Both the position numbers and the translations under genes were made by a program. The notes beneath the pieces were generated by a model. That model was not told where the DNA came from and did not search any database. It saw nothing but the letters and a program-made list of their open reading frames with translations. Of a DNA stretch of 64,000 nucleotides, positions 45,991-58,900 are shown one piece after another. Numbering within the stretch: the first letter of the stretch is position 1; every line of letters begins with the position of its first letter. The DNA is from Ylistrum balloti (lineage: Eukaryota): the NCBI RefSeq assembly GCF_031769215.1, contig NW_026782006.1:908070-972069 (forward strand), written 5' to 3'.

Positions 45991-48213
45991 TCTCTCCAGC
46001 CGAGTAGTATATTGTGGCTAGTATTTTACCTGGATTACAATATATTTCCTGCTTTCCCTTTGGGTATTTTTTTTATTTACAATCGCTTTTCAGTACTTTT
46101 TTCTCTCTTCATTGTGGGGTCACAGTCGTCTTTCAATACAACTACAACCTCAGGTAAAAGATCCATGCTGTAGTCTGATACTCCCTACCTTTGACAATTT
46201 ATGTTTCTCGGGAACCTGTGTATAAATGTAACCCCTCAGCTCTTTAGTGATGAGACGACTCAAAAGTTTGGTACTTCCATTTAATCAATAATTAAGAAAA
46301 CCAGAGACCCATGAGGTACGTGGCACAGCTGTCTCTAAGAGTCTTGATTATGATCGTCCAGCAGTCAGATGGAAAGTGACTGGTAGTGGACGTGAACAGG
46401 GCTTTGGTATGTGTGCAGGGTGGCGTGAGTACGTAAATACCCGTGCAACATACACTCTTCATACAAACTTCGTACTAGTTATGACACGAGCACAGGACAG
46501 ATATTATGTACGTAAACATAAATAGCTTAGTGCATTGAGCACATTGAGTACACCCTGTTACATAAAACCTATCCATTGCATTACACTGAGGTTATCGCCC
46601 ATGTTGATTTAATCATGCTAAAGATTTTTATTCATAAATTCCATTTCCTAATCACTAAATCGCTATCCCACAAAAGATGATGATGATTTTGACACAGTAC
46701 CTGATTGAGAATACCATATACTCACATATTACAATGTTTGACTATAAGACTGTCGCCAGTATGAGTTATACACCGTATAAAATCCAGCCAAGATAGTGTA
46801 AACAAACACCGCGTGATCACAACACCTTGTCGGCAAAATGTGCGCACGATTAACCCTAACTTAAACAGCAATCGTAAATTTAAATTTGACTTAAACGCAT
46901 GTCAAGGCTTTATCTGTTCCAAAAATATTCTAGATATTGTTGTCAAAGCATTCTAATAACAAATTTAAACGAAGTCATACCTGTGAATTGTGTCAAGTAC
47001 TTCCTCCTGTCAGTCCAGAACTCCAGCAATATTCACAAAAGCGCATGCGTGTTGGGCATCACCTTTCTAATTTTAGAAATGATTCAAAAGACGCTGGAGT
47101 TCCTCATTCCACGTTTACAATAGATAACAAACAGTCTATAAATGCTAGTGACATCTTTAAGTGTACATGTTGGTATGTATTATACATTGTTGAATTATTA
47201 AATAAAAATACTGTTTAAGGTAACTCAAAGTTATAGCACTGATGATATTTGAATTAGTGATGAGAAAACTATTAATCATTTATAAAAATCAGAATTCGTC
47301 ACAACAGCAAGGCAGTTTAATTACTAACTTAAGTTAATTAAACCTAGTAAATTGGTACATGATAAAGCTGTTTCAAATAGGTACGTGATGTCACTATAAT
47401 GGTTTGGATTGATGAACAGGTGGCTTCACATTCCTGTTACATCTGAGGACATCACTGACGAAAACAAGTCGGTGAGCAAATGCCACTGAATTAAATAAAA
47501 ATGTTCAAGGCCATAAATATGAGAAGACTTCAAAACAATCCTTCGGCTCCTTTTAACATATCTTACCTCAGTGACTTTAATTGAAAATAGGATTTATAAT
47601 ACCCCATCTTTATAGTCACATGCTGGCAAAATGGACTTGTTCAAATGCCATAAGTTATATCACTGGCACTATGCCCCATGTGATTAGTTCGTCTAGTTTA
47701 TCGTCCCATGAATACCCAGGATCCTTTTGAGACAGGGTCTCTATGTAGTTAAGGTGGATTAACCACTGAACAACATGTGGGAAACCCATCACATGCCATA
47801 CAGAGAAACTGAGGTAAAAACGATTTGAGCACAACTACTTCATCGTGCACAGACTGTCCATTTCTGAGCTTCCTAAGGGAGCGCATATGACTGTGAGTAT
47901 GAAGTGTCAAACCATGCCTCTCAGATCCTCACTTGAGGTTAGATAGGATAATGCTCTGAGCTTCTGCAGCCCCCATGTGACAAGCAAGTTAAAATCATGT
48001 TATTAATACATTTAAATACCATATTTGAGGTAATCATTTACTTTACTGATTATTCAATGTACTTCATGTATTTCTTTATCTCCTTAATCCATCTGATTCT
48101 GTATATTTCTATTGAAAATTACAAAGTAGAATCAAAACTAATTTTGCAGTTTTTCCTGTAAATATTATAACACAAAATTGAAATCTCTTCATCCCAAGAT
48201 GCTTTAAACCAAG

Positions 48214-48498
48214 TTGGATGAAATTTCTGTCATTTTCAAAAATGAGGAAGCAATTTTAAAGGAATTGATTAATCCTTTATTTTGCCCACTTATCAGACCT
48301 GGGGCTGGTAAACCTCCCATCTATACAAATCTGGTTCTCCTTCTAACAATGCACCTAACCAAATTTGGTAAAAATACCTTCGTTCTAACACAAGGAAAAG
48401 GATATAAAATCAATTTCTATGGAGCCTTACCTCTCAGTTACAAAACTGTTTCCTCTGCTGACAATTTGGTCAAAATCAGCTGTCCTCTTTATGATTAG
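48214..48498 (+). other. Orphan 94-codon ORF (…ISVIFKNEEAILKELINPLFCPLIRPGAGKPPIYTNLVLLLTMHLTKFGKNTFVLTQGKGYKINFYGALPLSYKTVSSADNLVKISCPLYD), unknown; possible transposon-ORF remnant
   Basis: Open frame only; no recognisable family and no obvious splice context. Confidence 0.2.
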
Positions 48499-50319
48499 TG
48501 GGGATTTGTAGAAAAAAGTTAAGGGACACACAATGTATGCTATGCCATAAGCCCTTATGGCCCTATTCTGCAGATGCATTCTTTACAAGCATATTTTCAT
48601 GTAATGAAAAAAATGAATGAAAATACCTAGAAAACTTCCAATAATCAATATCTTCAGTCAAAGTTAATGGTATTACATTTCTGTAACATTAATGCAATGT
48701 ATAAAGATTTCAACAACATAATAACTTAGTATGAAGGTTTATTCAACAATTTCAATTCAATAATTTATAATACATAATTCCCTACATACACAATTGTATG
48801 TATGATCATAAAACACTTATAACATTAAACAAGTTGAAAGAAATGATTATTTTCTAGTCCTACTTGCAAAACTACAATATCCTGAAAGTTGTCTCCCTTC
48901 AATTTGTCAAACTTCATCAGTATTTATGAAAACAACTTGGGAATTCTTGTACTTTTGATTTCCATATTTTCTTCAAGCTAAGTAATAAAATAAGGAGAAT
49001 TGCGTGACATTTAGTGTCATCCTTTTCACACATCTAAAAAGCATACTATTGTCAAATCACCACCTCATTAATCATTACATTCCTGACTCTTTTTTCATGT
49101 CACATTCAAAGGAAGCTTGTAATAAAATTAGAAACTTTAGTGGCTTAATAATATGTCATTTCTTATTGAGGATCATCAATTCATCATTTAGTACATTGGT
49201 TCTATTTTTGATCAATACATACTATTTACACAAATCAATCTATAAGTTTCATACATGAAATAAATGTAAGGACTTTCAACAGACGATTAATTTATTTGGC
49301 AGGTGTCTTTATGGCGAGATGTTATTCAACTTCTGAAATTGTTAAAAGTCAAACAAAAGCCTTGATAACATGGATATTTTATTTGTTCTTCAGTGTATAG
49401 AATATGTGTCACATTATAATTAGATAGAACCTACTGCACTTAAATGTAATTGTAATTAAAATTTGATTATTCAAATTCCTATAATTATTTAAAATTTATA
49501 CCAAGATAGAAATGTGACTGCAAAATACACTCAATGACTAATAATGTCACAGTAGAATATGTTAATTCATATCAATGTGTATATGTATATAAATATCGAT
49601 AAAAGATAACAGAAATATCAGTATCAGAGGCCTTGTAACGTCACCACATGATTACCTCCCTTTGACCATTGTACATTGTTAGATTCTAAGTGTGTGAAGA
49701 ACATCAATGAACAACAGTGGTGATATTTAACAATTGTCTTATTCCTATTGCAGATTTTAATGAAATATGGAAAAGTAAAATGTCTCTCTTTCTATAGCCA
49801 TAAACAAAGGTGGGTTTATCCTTCACACAACACCTAACTCTAACTGAAGTCACCACAGATCTGTGGCATAACACCACTCTTTCCTTATTTACTAACAATC
49901 ATGAACTATGTTTACATGACTTATGTTATGGTTACATGTCTTAATAGCTATCACAAATGTTTATACCTGTCCAGTACAATATCCTTATAACATGATTAAC
50001 ACAAAGCGAAAGGTTTAATTAAAAGCTGAGTGCTAGTTTATAGTAAAAGTTCCTATCAGAGTTGTCTCAACTACTTCCTCTCAACTCTGAGCATCACAAT
50101 CCCTTCTGTTTATACATCTGTACTAGAGTTTAGACAATTATGTCCTGCCTTTTCTACATGGTACAAAATGTTTTAATGTTTCACAGCAACAGTAGGGTAG
50201 CAATCATCTTTCTCATCTGATCAAGGTGAAGTTATTCTCTTACAGTTTAAACTTTTTTCTATTCCAAGGCATACGTTAAAGAAGTGAAGTTTCTGCATCA
50301 CAATGAGCTAGATGATTGA

Positions 50320-50358
50320 TCAATTCCGTAACTTTGCAAGTCTCTGCGTTAACTCATC
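50320..50358 (-). CDS. CHMP1: CHMP1 terminal exon DELTQRLAKLRN*
   Basis: Acceptor ctttttcttcag|; matches CHMP1B C-terminus DELSQRLARLRDQV. Confidence 0.8.
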   Translation of the reverse strand, partial: DELTQRLAKLRN

Positions 50359-53300
50359 CTGAAGAAAAAGAAAACAATTACTTTAGCTGTGTATTTTACA
50401 AAGAATTTCCATAAGCAGTTAGAACATTTCTTTGTAGATGTCAATATACTAACAGGTTTTACAGATAAAGTATAATTTGTAAAAATGCAAATTGTTGAAT
50501 ATATTTAAAATCACTCCATAAATTGCACTTAACATCTACATCACTCTCCAGAATACTAATCACTATCAAAAAGAGAACTGAATAAAATGTAACATACTAA
50601 ACTTTCCTGCAATTAAAATGTCAGATTCCTGGATCACTACTTATATTTTCTTAAGAAGTTACAGAAAACCAATGACTAATACACAGACTACTCATCAGAT
50701 GAAAATTTTAATTAACTAAAATTTTTTTTAAAATCACATCTAAAAAGTCAACTACCCCTAACCAACTTATTCCTGAACAAGATCAGGCCAAAGAGCCACT
50801 TGAATTCTATTAAACTTCATGCTTGTTCACAAAATAGTTGATGATGCTACCACTTAACCCAGAAACTTACCTGTCCAATACTAACAGCTGATGCTGTCAC
50901 CACTTAACACAAAAACTTACCTGTCCAATACTAACAGCTGATGCTGTCACCACTTAATACAGAAACCTACCTGTTCACTACTAGCAGTTGATGATGCGAC
51001 CCCTGATGGTAAAGTGGACTGTGCTGATGGTAGATCCATGTTTAATTCCAATCTGTAACACAGGACACATACAATGTATCTATGATCAAAAGAGAATTGA
51101 TTCTAAAGTCTCATAAGTTAGCAAAATGAACACCAAAGGAATTACCACAAGTATAGAAGTGGTACATCACTTCATACAATCGAGTAGGACAGCTTGTGCA
51201 ATTGTATACACAACAAGTAAACTACAATAGATAATCCATTTCATATATACATATGTTCATTGTGTATCTCTAGTACATCAACAAACATCCTGTTTTCATA
51301 ATACATCATTGAAATCTGTTGATGGTCTTCCATAGACAAAGTTGACAGATAACTGAACAAAAATATGTGAAATTATAGTTCATCAAAAACAAATATTGAA
51401 GGTTTTACTGATTGACATACCCAGCCTCATCAGCAACTTCCTGCATAAGGCCTTCCACCTGTGTCTGTGGTGTGTTGAGGGTGGACGAAGCATTCATTGT
51501 ATCCTCCATTACCTGTGACTGCACATCTAGATTCTCAAACTGCTGTTCAAATCTATCCATCAACTGGGAGATCTGTAAAAAGGAGGAATCACATTCATTT
51601 CAAAATCTGATGGATAACACAACACTTGTCGGAAGATATCAAGTTATGTACAGTATCATAAAATGAAGAGGTGCCCTTCACACCCTGCTTAACTACAACT
51701 TGACACCAATAATTAACTGCTTTCTAACACGATCAATATGATATATAGTCTGGAGTAGTATTTACAGGCCCAAGGAACACTACATATGTACATACTAAAT
51801 TTGATAAAGATTAGATTTTTGAATTCTGAAAAGCATCATAGATGAACACTTCAAAATACATCAATATATCTCATCATTCTCCAGGTGAAGTTTCATTATA
51901 ACAAAAATAAATTTACCTTCTCCAGATTCATACTCTTCATTGCTGATTCCATTGACTTGACCACACCTGCCATGGAACCTGTGACCTGCCGATCATAGAC
52001 ATTTACATATTTTATTCATATCTAGAAATCTAATTTATCAATTCACCTTCATATATTTCTAACAAAATAGATCTGTATTCTTTAAAGAAGCAATATTTAC
52101 AGAAATCCCAGTGACATTTTATGAAATTCACTATATATAAAGTTGGTTGTTGGTCTGTAACAATACAGTTCAATATTGTAAAGGTACATGCTGTAGAAGT
52201 AATATTATTTTAGTGTTTTTCATGTTAAGGATATCGCACAAAAATGGCTTTGAGAATTTCCAATTTCTGTACCTTGTCAATAGAGCAATTATTGTAAAGG
52301 CAAAAATTCAACATAGAACTTATTTGTTTAAAATTTAAAATGAACTGTGCCGAAATAAATATGTTTAAGACTTAGTGAACATGTCAGAAAATAACATAAA
52401 TCTGAGGTAACCTTGACTGAAGTTACCAAGCAAACTCTATAAATGATGAATGAGTAAGATATTATGTACCTGTTTCATGGTGACAGCAGTTTGAACTCGA
52501 GCTGCTACAGCATCGATCCTTGCACTCATACGTCTGTAATTAAGGGCCTGGTTTTTCTGGCGGATTGAATTCTCTGCATGTATTCTGGCTCCCTCCAGGT
52601 TACCTTTCTGGATAGCCTGTAACAAGTAAATTCTTATTTTTTAGAAAGAATCTGAATACACAACCTGAGACTCTAATAACATCAAAATGAGATTTAATTT
52701 AGAAATTATGATCAAATTTCGTATAAATTCTACACTGATCTGACATAGACCAAGGCTGTAAGATTATCAGAGAGCACTAATATCAAAAGCAATATGAGGT
52801 TTCATTAAAGTGTCTGATTGTAACAATGACAGTGTTAAGAACTAGACAAACTATTTCTTGCCAAATGTTGACTTCCAGCAGTGTCCTACCCCTTTGGTGG
52901 TACATGACACACTGTCTGAAGGCATTTTCTAAATCATATTGTGTTCTAAATTTCATTAAGGTAACTGGAAGAAAAGAGAAACCATGTGCAAGATGGCACT
53001 AGTTGTACCAATATGATCTTCACCAGTGATCTAAATTAGCCTTCTTATTAATGCACATGAATATGGAGGCCCTGCTTGACTAGACTTGTATTTAAAACAA
53101 GTTGTACATCTTATTTCTTTACATATATGTACAGTTTTTAAAACAAAAAATTGAACTTAAAGATGTACATTTACAATTATAATTTCATTTTACCAGTATA
53201 ATGTTACAGAATATCATCATCACCTGTACATATGATTGACAATTCCAATATTTCTGTGTTACAATAAACTCACCTTTTTCAATTTTCTTTTTTCTGATCT

Positions 53301-54623
53301 TTCTTCCTTATCACATTTGTTAGCAAAACGCAGCAGTGACCTAGCACTATATTTCAAATTGAAGAGTTGTCCTGCAGTGTGTTAAGGTTTAGATCTGTGT
53401 GCTAAGTGTGTTATACAAAAGCTTAGGTATAGGTCAAAGATTATGTCAGTTATAGAAAAGTAATGCATACAGATATATCCTAAAGAATTAGAAACATGTA
53501 TGAATTATGCTCCGATGACTAGGCTTATCAGCAAAATGAAATAACAAGGTTAAGTTTGTGATTCCTTGTGTATAATTGAGATTATGTAAAATTTGGTTGC
53601 AAATTGTTTTATCTAATATCCATTATAAATCCCATCATTCACTTCATAGGGCAGTCATTATAAAACAACTGAACTGCCAGAAAATTTACTAGCAATACCT
53701 CACACAACAATTACCTTGGAGGATCAGAACTGTGTTTATGATAGTAATAAGTAATCAAATGCTGCTACAGCCTTACATCATTGCTGTAGAGATGAAATGG
53801 TACATATAATTGTGTTTATACAGATTGTGTTAAGTACCTCTATTTTAAATACATAATCGCCATTTGGCACATCAGTAACATTTGTCCTTTACATGTTACA
53901 GTAAAAACGGTTTAGATCAAATTCTATCATACTGATCAGTTATAGTTTTTCTTAATTATACTTTAAGATGTCAGTAACCAGTAAGTTCTAGGCTTCTCTT
54001 GACCGAGCCTAAAGTTAAGATTCTTGTAAGCTCTAAGTTTACCTTGACCAAGCCCAAGATCATGATTCCAAATTTCTTAGTTTCCCTTGACTAGGCCTAC
54101 AGTTAATATTCTAGTCAGTTCCAAGTTTCTCTTGACAAGGCAAAAGGTGAAGATTCTAGTAAGATTGAAGTATACCTAGACCAGACCTAAGGTTAAGGAG
54201 AATCAACAAGAATTACAAGTTTGTTTTTACAACTCATTTCCTATTGTCAATGTCATTCTATGCTTGTATAATATAAGATATGTGTAATAGAATAAGTGCA
54301 TTACAATAAGTGCTATACGATGTAATATTTTATATTGGTAATATCTTAAACATATAATTGTTTCAAGTTATATGTGGTACACTAGTCAATACTTACCTTA
54401 TAATTACATACATATGTAACTAATTATTTGTAAAATACTTACCTTATAATTACTGGTAATCAATGCATAAATTTCTGAGTTATACTTACTTACAAGCTCA
54501 TTAAAAGGTATATGAGCAACGTTACCTTTTTTAATTTGGTTTTTTCTTCTTTTTCTGACTTTTCACTTCGTTTTGCATTGCGTTCCAAGTCCTTTGCAGC
54601 AAATTTGAGATTAAAGAGATGTT
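50320..54623 (-). CDS. CHMP1: CHMP1 (charged multivesicular body protein 1, ESCRT-III; CHMP1B-like) gene, exons 2-7 modelled, exon 1 not found
   Basis: Exons translate to HLFNLKFAAK...AIQKGNLEGARIHAENSIRQKNQALN..RMSARIDAVAARVQTAVTM...VTGSMAGVVKSM...ISQLMDRFEQQFENLDVQ...DELTQRLAKLRN*, collinear with human CHMP1B; canonical splice sites and phases. Confidence 0.85.
50878..50978. repeat. CHMP1: ~47-bp unit x3: tandem triplication of the CHMP1 exon-6 tail plus its GTAAGT/GTAGGT donor
   Basis: Minus-strand reading: ...GTGAACAG|gtaggtttctgtattaagtggtgacagcatcagctgttagtattggacag|gtaagtttttgtgttaagtggtgacagcatcagctgttagtattggacag|gtaagtttctgggtt. Confidence 0.85.
50971..51052 (-). CDS. CHMP1: CHMP1 exon 6 (G)LELNMDLPSAQSTLPSGVASSTASSEQ
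   Basis: Acceptor gtgttacag|, donor CAG|gtaggt; this donor is tandemly triplicated downstream. Confidence 0.8.
51421..51572 (-). CDS. CHMP1: CHMP1 exon 5 ISQLMDRFEQQFENLDVQSQVMEDTMNASSTLNTPQTQVEGLMQEVADEA(G)
   Basis: Acceptor cctttttacag|, donor GG|gtatgt. Confidence 0.85.
51917..51985 (-). CDS. CHMP1: CHMP1 exon 4 VTGSMAGVVKSMESAMKSMNLEK
   Basis: Acceptor ctatgatcggcag|, donor AAG|gtaaat. Confidence 0.85.
52470..52616 (-). CDS. CHMP1: CHMP1 exon 3 AIQKGNLEGARIHAENSIRQKNQALNYRRMSARIDAVAARVQTAVTMKQ
   Basis: Acceptor cttgttacag|, donor CAG|gtacat; near-identical to CHMP1B. Confidence 0.9.
53274..53371 (-). CDS. CHMP1: CHMP1 exon 2, copy A (paralogous alternative): QLFNLKYSARSLLRFANKCDKEERSEKRKLKK
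   Basis: Acceptor cactgcag|, donor AAG|gtgagt; identical 98-bp length and phase to copy B, 1.25 kb downstream. Confidence 0.65.
54526..54623 (-). CDS. CHMP1: CHMP1 exon 2, copy B: (K)HLFNLKFAAKDLERNAKRSEKSEKEEKTKLKK
   Basis: Acceptor agtctag|, donor AAG|gtaacg; 98 bp with 2+32 codons; closest match to CHMP1B EKHLFNLKFAAKELSRSAKKCDKEEKAEKAKIKK. Confidence 0.7.
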
Positions 54624-55798
54624 CTAGACTGTTAAGGTATATCAGTCAAAGCATGCAATAGGTATATATATCAATATACATAAAAACACAGTCATATATA
54701 TAAAAAACTATACACAATTAAGATTAAGGACGCTTAATATACAGCTATATATATCTTATTGGAAAGGTATGATATACTTTTATGATGATAAACATATAAA
54801 CTTAGAATAAATTCATAATTCCAGAGACATATATAACGTGTTACATACGTCTATGACAATTCCAATATGCAGATTTTTGTTGAATATTGTTAAAAAACCT
54901 ATAACATGCTAATAATCATAATGATGACATCTTATAGCATCTAACAATCTTTTTGATGGAGGATATGTATAACGTATACAGATAACACAGGACCACAAAC
55001 TTATAATTATAGACATACACATTTAAGTCTATGATACATATAGGACATGTCTATGCATCTATACAGTTAATTCTATCCCGAACCTGGTAAGAGTGATAAA
55101 CCCCGTCACAATTTTGTAACATGAATCTGGATTCAGTTTAATCATATATACATGAACAAACTAAAATTAAAGCACTCGCTTTGCTGAAAACAAATTTTGT
55201 ATCTGTATATCTATATTTAAGTTCAGAGCTAACAGTACTTTATAGTAAATATCACAATCAACATCACTTATTTATTTTACAACATGAGGGTTTATGACAT
55301 GGGCCATATTCACTACCTTGAATGGCACTTCAGTAGAAATCCCCTAAATGGTACAATGTTTAAGAATCCTAATATTTCCAATAAACAATTCCATGTGTAA
55401 TCAGGAAATCGTGACTTCCAATGTTTACATTTTCTGCTTCCATCAAGCAAACAGATCTTGAGAATCAACATCTCACCCATTTTTAAGCATCAGAATGTTT
55501 TCATTAATAGTTTAAAGGATACTGTCCATCGACATCTTTCGTTTCTGTTTTCCTCAGATTAAGTTTCCCTGTGTTTGTGTTTAAGATCTGTCTGCAAGAG
55601 TTGTGATTGAGAAATGACTACTTCCCTTGTGATGTTTAATGGAAAATGAGCTCATTGTAAAACGTCATCGGTATTTGTGTATTATTTGGATATCGGAACA
55701 CCTTTGAATCGATCCTTTACTTGAGTGCATGTTGCATTGGGTAATGTAAAAATACGAGGACTTCCGACTTGGAGAAGAGCACATGGGTTTCAGTAAAC
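54624..55798. promoter_or_regulatory. Putative shared divergent promoter region between CHMP1 (minus) and URB1 (plus); the unidentified CHMP1 exon 1 should lie here
   Basis: Head-to-head gene orientation; URB1 ATG at 55799; CHMP1 exon 2 needs an upstream exon that supplies the ATG and one phase base. Confidence 0.3.
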
Positions 55799-55955
55799 AT
55801 GACGGAGGATAATAATACACCGTTAAAGAGGAAAAAGAAGAAGTCTGCGGAAGAAAAACAAGATGCTGAGTCACCAAATAAAAAGAAAAGGACAGAAGAT
55901 TTTACAGAGATCACATTTAAATACCTTCTGAGAGATCCATCGACAGCTTTTTCAG
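55799..55955 (+). CDS. URB1: URB1 exon 1 MTEDNNTPLKRKKKKSAEEKQDAESPNKKKRTEDFTEITFKYLLRDPSTAFS
   Basis: First ATG of the open frame; donor CAG|gttcgg; Lys-rich N-terminus then FK..L.DP as in human. Confidence 0.7.
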
Positions 55956-58900
55956 GTTCGGTTCTGCAGTCGGCCGATTTATTTTGCATCAACTTAAAAA
56001 AAACTACCGGTACTAGCAGATTCGCAGGCCTGAAAATTCTAATGTCACTTGTTCCGACCAGAAGTTTGAATATTGTAGTGACAAACAGTTTTGGCACTTG
56101 CAGTTTTATTACAGTATTAATCGGTTGATATGTTTGTGCAATGTGAGATCGAAGAAATTCTTCAATGTTACCGTGTCTAAGAAAAAGGCTATTTATGGTC
56201 ATGCATTCACACGAATAACAGACTTAAATATGTCCAAGTTCGTTCTCACACACATCATGACTGCTGACATTTTTATACATTGTCAACGATTGTAATGGAA
56301 CATATATAGTATGTCGTTTTCTGTTCGATGACAACCAATCACTTTCAAACTCCCCAGGGTGCAAAGTTTTGTATGTCTGAACAGCTTTTTGTCATAATAA
56401 GAAATCTCAAATTGGTTTACAGATAAGATTCAGATTGCGTCTTGAAACTTTGTTGGCTCTCTGGCTACATCATGAAATAGGTTTTTTAAAGAGTTATTGC
56501 CCTTTCTCTTTTTCAGCATTAAGAATTTTTTTGGCACTATCTTCCTCAGTTTACAACTATTTTCTATTAAACTTTGTAGGCATTATAAGTATGATAAATG
56601 GGCATGTTTTCCTCTGTAATATTGAGAAACCTGTAATGAGATTTAATATTTTTTCAAGTTTTCGCTTCTTCTTTCAGCATTACAGTATTGTCCCGAATTA
56701 TTCTCTCAAATTTCAACTTTTCTCTGTAATACTTGGTATGCTTTACCATCAGAACATCAATATCCATTTTGATTTATTTCATGATATGGCCAATTTCCTA
56801 AATTTGTCCTTTACTCTTTCAATTTTCATCCCAACTAACAAATTTTCTTCCAAAAATGAGATAAAAGGCTTTTTCCCCAAAAACTCAGAGGGAAAAAACT
56901 TTCAATTTCATTGCTGTTGGGAAGTCATGAATGTTGTCTAGTATAGGGAGAAAATGACAAATGTATTGGTGTATTTCAGTAAATTTTGTGATAATTCAAA
57001 TACTGATTGTTAAGTTTTTTGATCACATGTTTACTGTGATAAAATTACCCATATCTAATATTTTGCTTATAATCAACATTTAAACACTGGACATAGTTTG
57101 GAACTGTGAGTTAATATGATGTTTGATTGTTACAATAGTCCACTTCAGATAGCCTGTATTGTATCAGGCATTGAATCATGTGCTTGTCTGATTACAACAA
57201 TTTAAAAAAAAAGATTTTCAATAAAGTATTTAAGGAAGCACACAAGTTAAACTATGTAAATCAGGGGTAGCCATTTAATGGCATTTTAGATGTAAATATA
57301 AAGAAAGTAACATTTAAACAAGTCATAGCTCACATCCTATCTGGATTCTGGTCTTATCAGTATTAAAAGTTTTTGTATCTTATTTCAGCTTTTGAACAAT
57401 TTTCTGAGACTGCACGTCAGTGGTCAGAGGAGCATGGATATGATATCATTGCTGGATACTGTCGATCTTCAGCAGAATGCAGTGAAATATTTAAAGTACT
57501 TGAAGCAGGGAAAAGAAAACCAGGAGAGGTAATCTCAGTCTTTATGATGAAAATACATCACTCCATCTTAAGTATGTTCATTTCTTATATATTTATTTAT
57601 TCATGCTGGTTAATGAGTCCTTGCTGACATAGACATTACAAAATCCTAATATAATGTTAAGTGAATCATACAGTAGACTTTCTTAGTAAAAGAATGATGG
57701 GAGAATTGTAGACCTAGCCTAAACTGAGCATGTCACAGCCAGAGGACTGGTTAAGGACAGAGTGGAAGAGGAAGGGGATCCTACACTGAGTAAATTTCTG
57801 TATGTTGGTAGTATATTGGGAGGCAGTCAGAATTACTTAATAAATAATCCTTATTGCTAACTTAACCCTGACCTCTGGGCTGGTGTTATCATGCCTGCTC
57901 TTTTTTGAAAAACCACAGAGGGATCTTTGTCACGAGAGTTGGATATTTTTTTATTCGGGCCATCATTCCGCGGACTTTGGGTTAGTGGTTAGATGTTAGT
58001 AAGGTGCTGGTAGGGTGATCTGCCCCTAAACATACTATTTACTTTAGTAATGTCTATACTTTCTGTAAATCCATATGCGATAAACATTCATAGAAAAAAA
58101 ATGTAGAAGTAATTCATACAGTAGACATGTACAGGTAAAAGTGAGTCATACAGTAGATATGTACAGGTAAAAGTGAGTCATACAGTAGATATGTACAGGT
58201 AAAGTAAGTCATACAGTAGATATGTACAGGTAAAAGTGAGTCATATCGTAGACATATACAGGTAAAGTTAGTCATACAGTAGACATGTACAGGTAAAAGT
58301 AATTCATACAGTAGACATGTACAGGTAAAGTTAGTCATACAGTAGACATGTACAGGTAAAAGTGAGTCATACAGTAGACATGTACAGGTAAGATTGAGTC
58401 ATACAGTAGACATGTACAGGTAAAAGTGAGTCATACAGTAGACATGTACAGGTAAAAGTGAGTCATACAGTAGACATGTACAGGTAAAAATGTGTCATAC
58501 AGTAGACATGTACAGGTAAAAGTGAGTCATATCATAGTCATATACAGGTAAAGTTAGTCATACAGTAGACATGTACAGGTAAAAGTGAGTCATACAGTAG
58601 ACATGTACAGGTAAGATTGAGTCATACAGTAGACATGTACAGGTTAAAGTGAGTCATACAGTAGACATGTACAGGTAAAAGTGAGTCATACAGTAGACAT
58701 GTACAGGTAAAAATGTGTCATACAGTAGACATGTACAGGTAAAAGTGAGTCATATCGTAGACATATACAGGTAAAGTTAGTCATACAGTAGACATGTACA
58801 GGTAAAAGTGAGTCATACAGTAGACATGTACAGGTAAAAGTGAGTCATACAGTAGACATGTACAGGTAAAAGTGAGTCATACAGTAGACATGTACAGGTA

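Noticed and set aside
47412-47471. Possible plus-strand first exon MNRWLHIPVTSEDITDENKS with a strong TCG|gtgagc donor
   Set aside because: Only 20 codons, with no downstream partner exon found before the minus-strand CHMP1 gene. Kept out of the features as unsupported.
55769-56128. 119-aa ORF from the ORF track as the URB1 first exon
   Set aside because: The track uses TTG/GTG starts and reads through the CAG|gttcgg donor into the intron. The coding part is 55799-55955 only.
56435-56941. 168-aa plus-strand ORF (F/L-rich)
   Set aside because: Lies in the URB1 intron-1 interspersed-repeat cluster. Low-complexity hydrophobic translation typical of AT-rich non-coding DNA.
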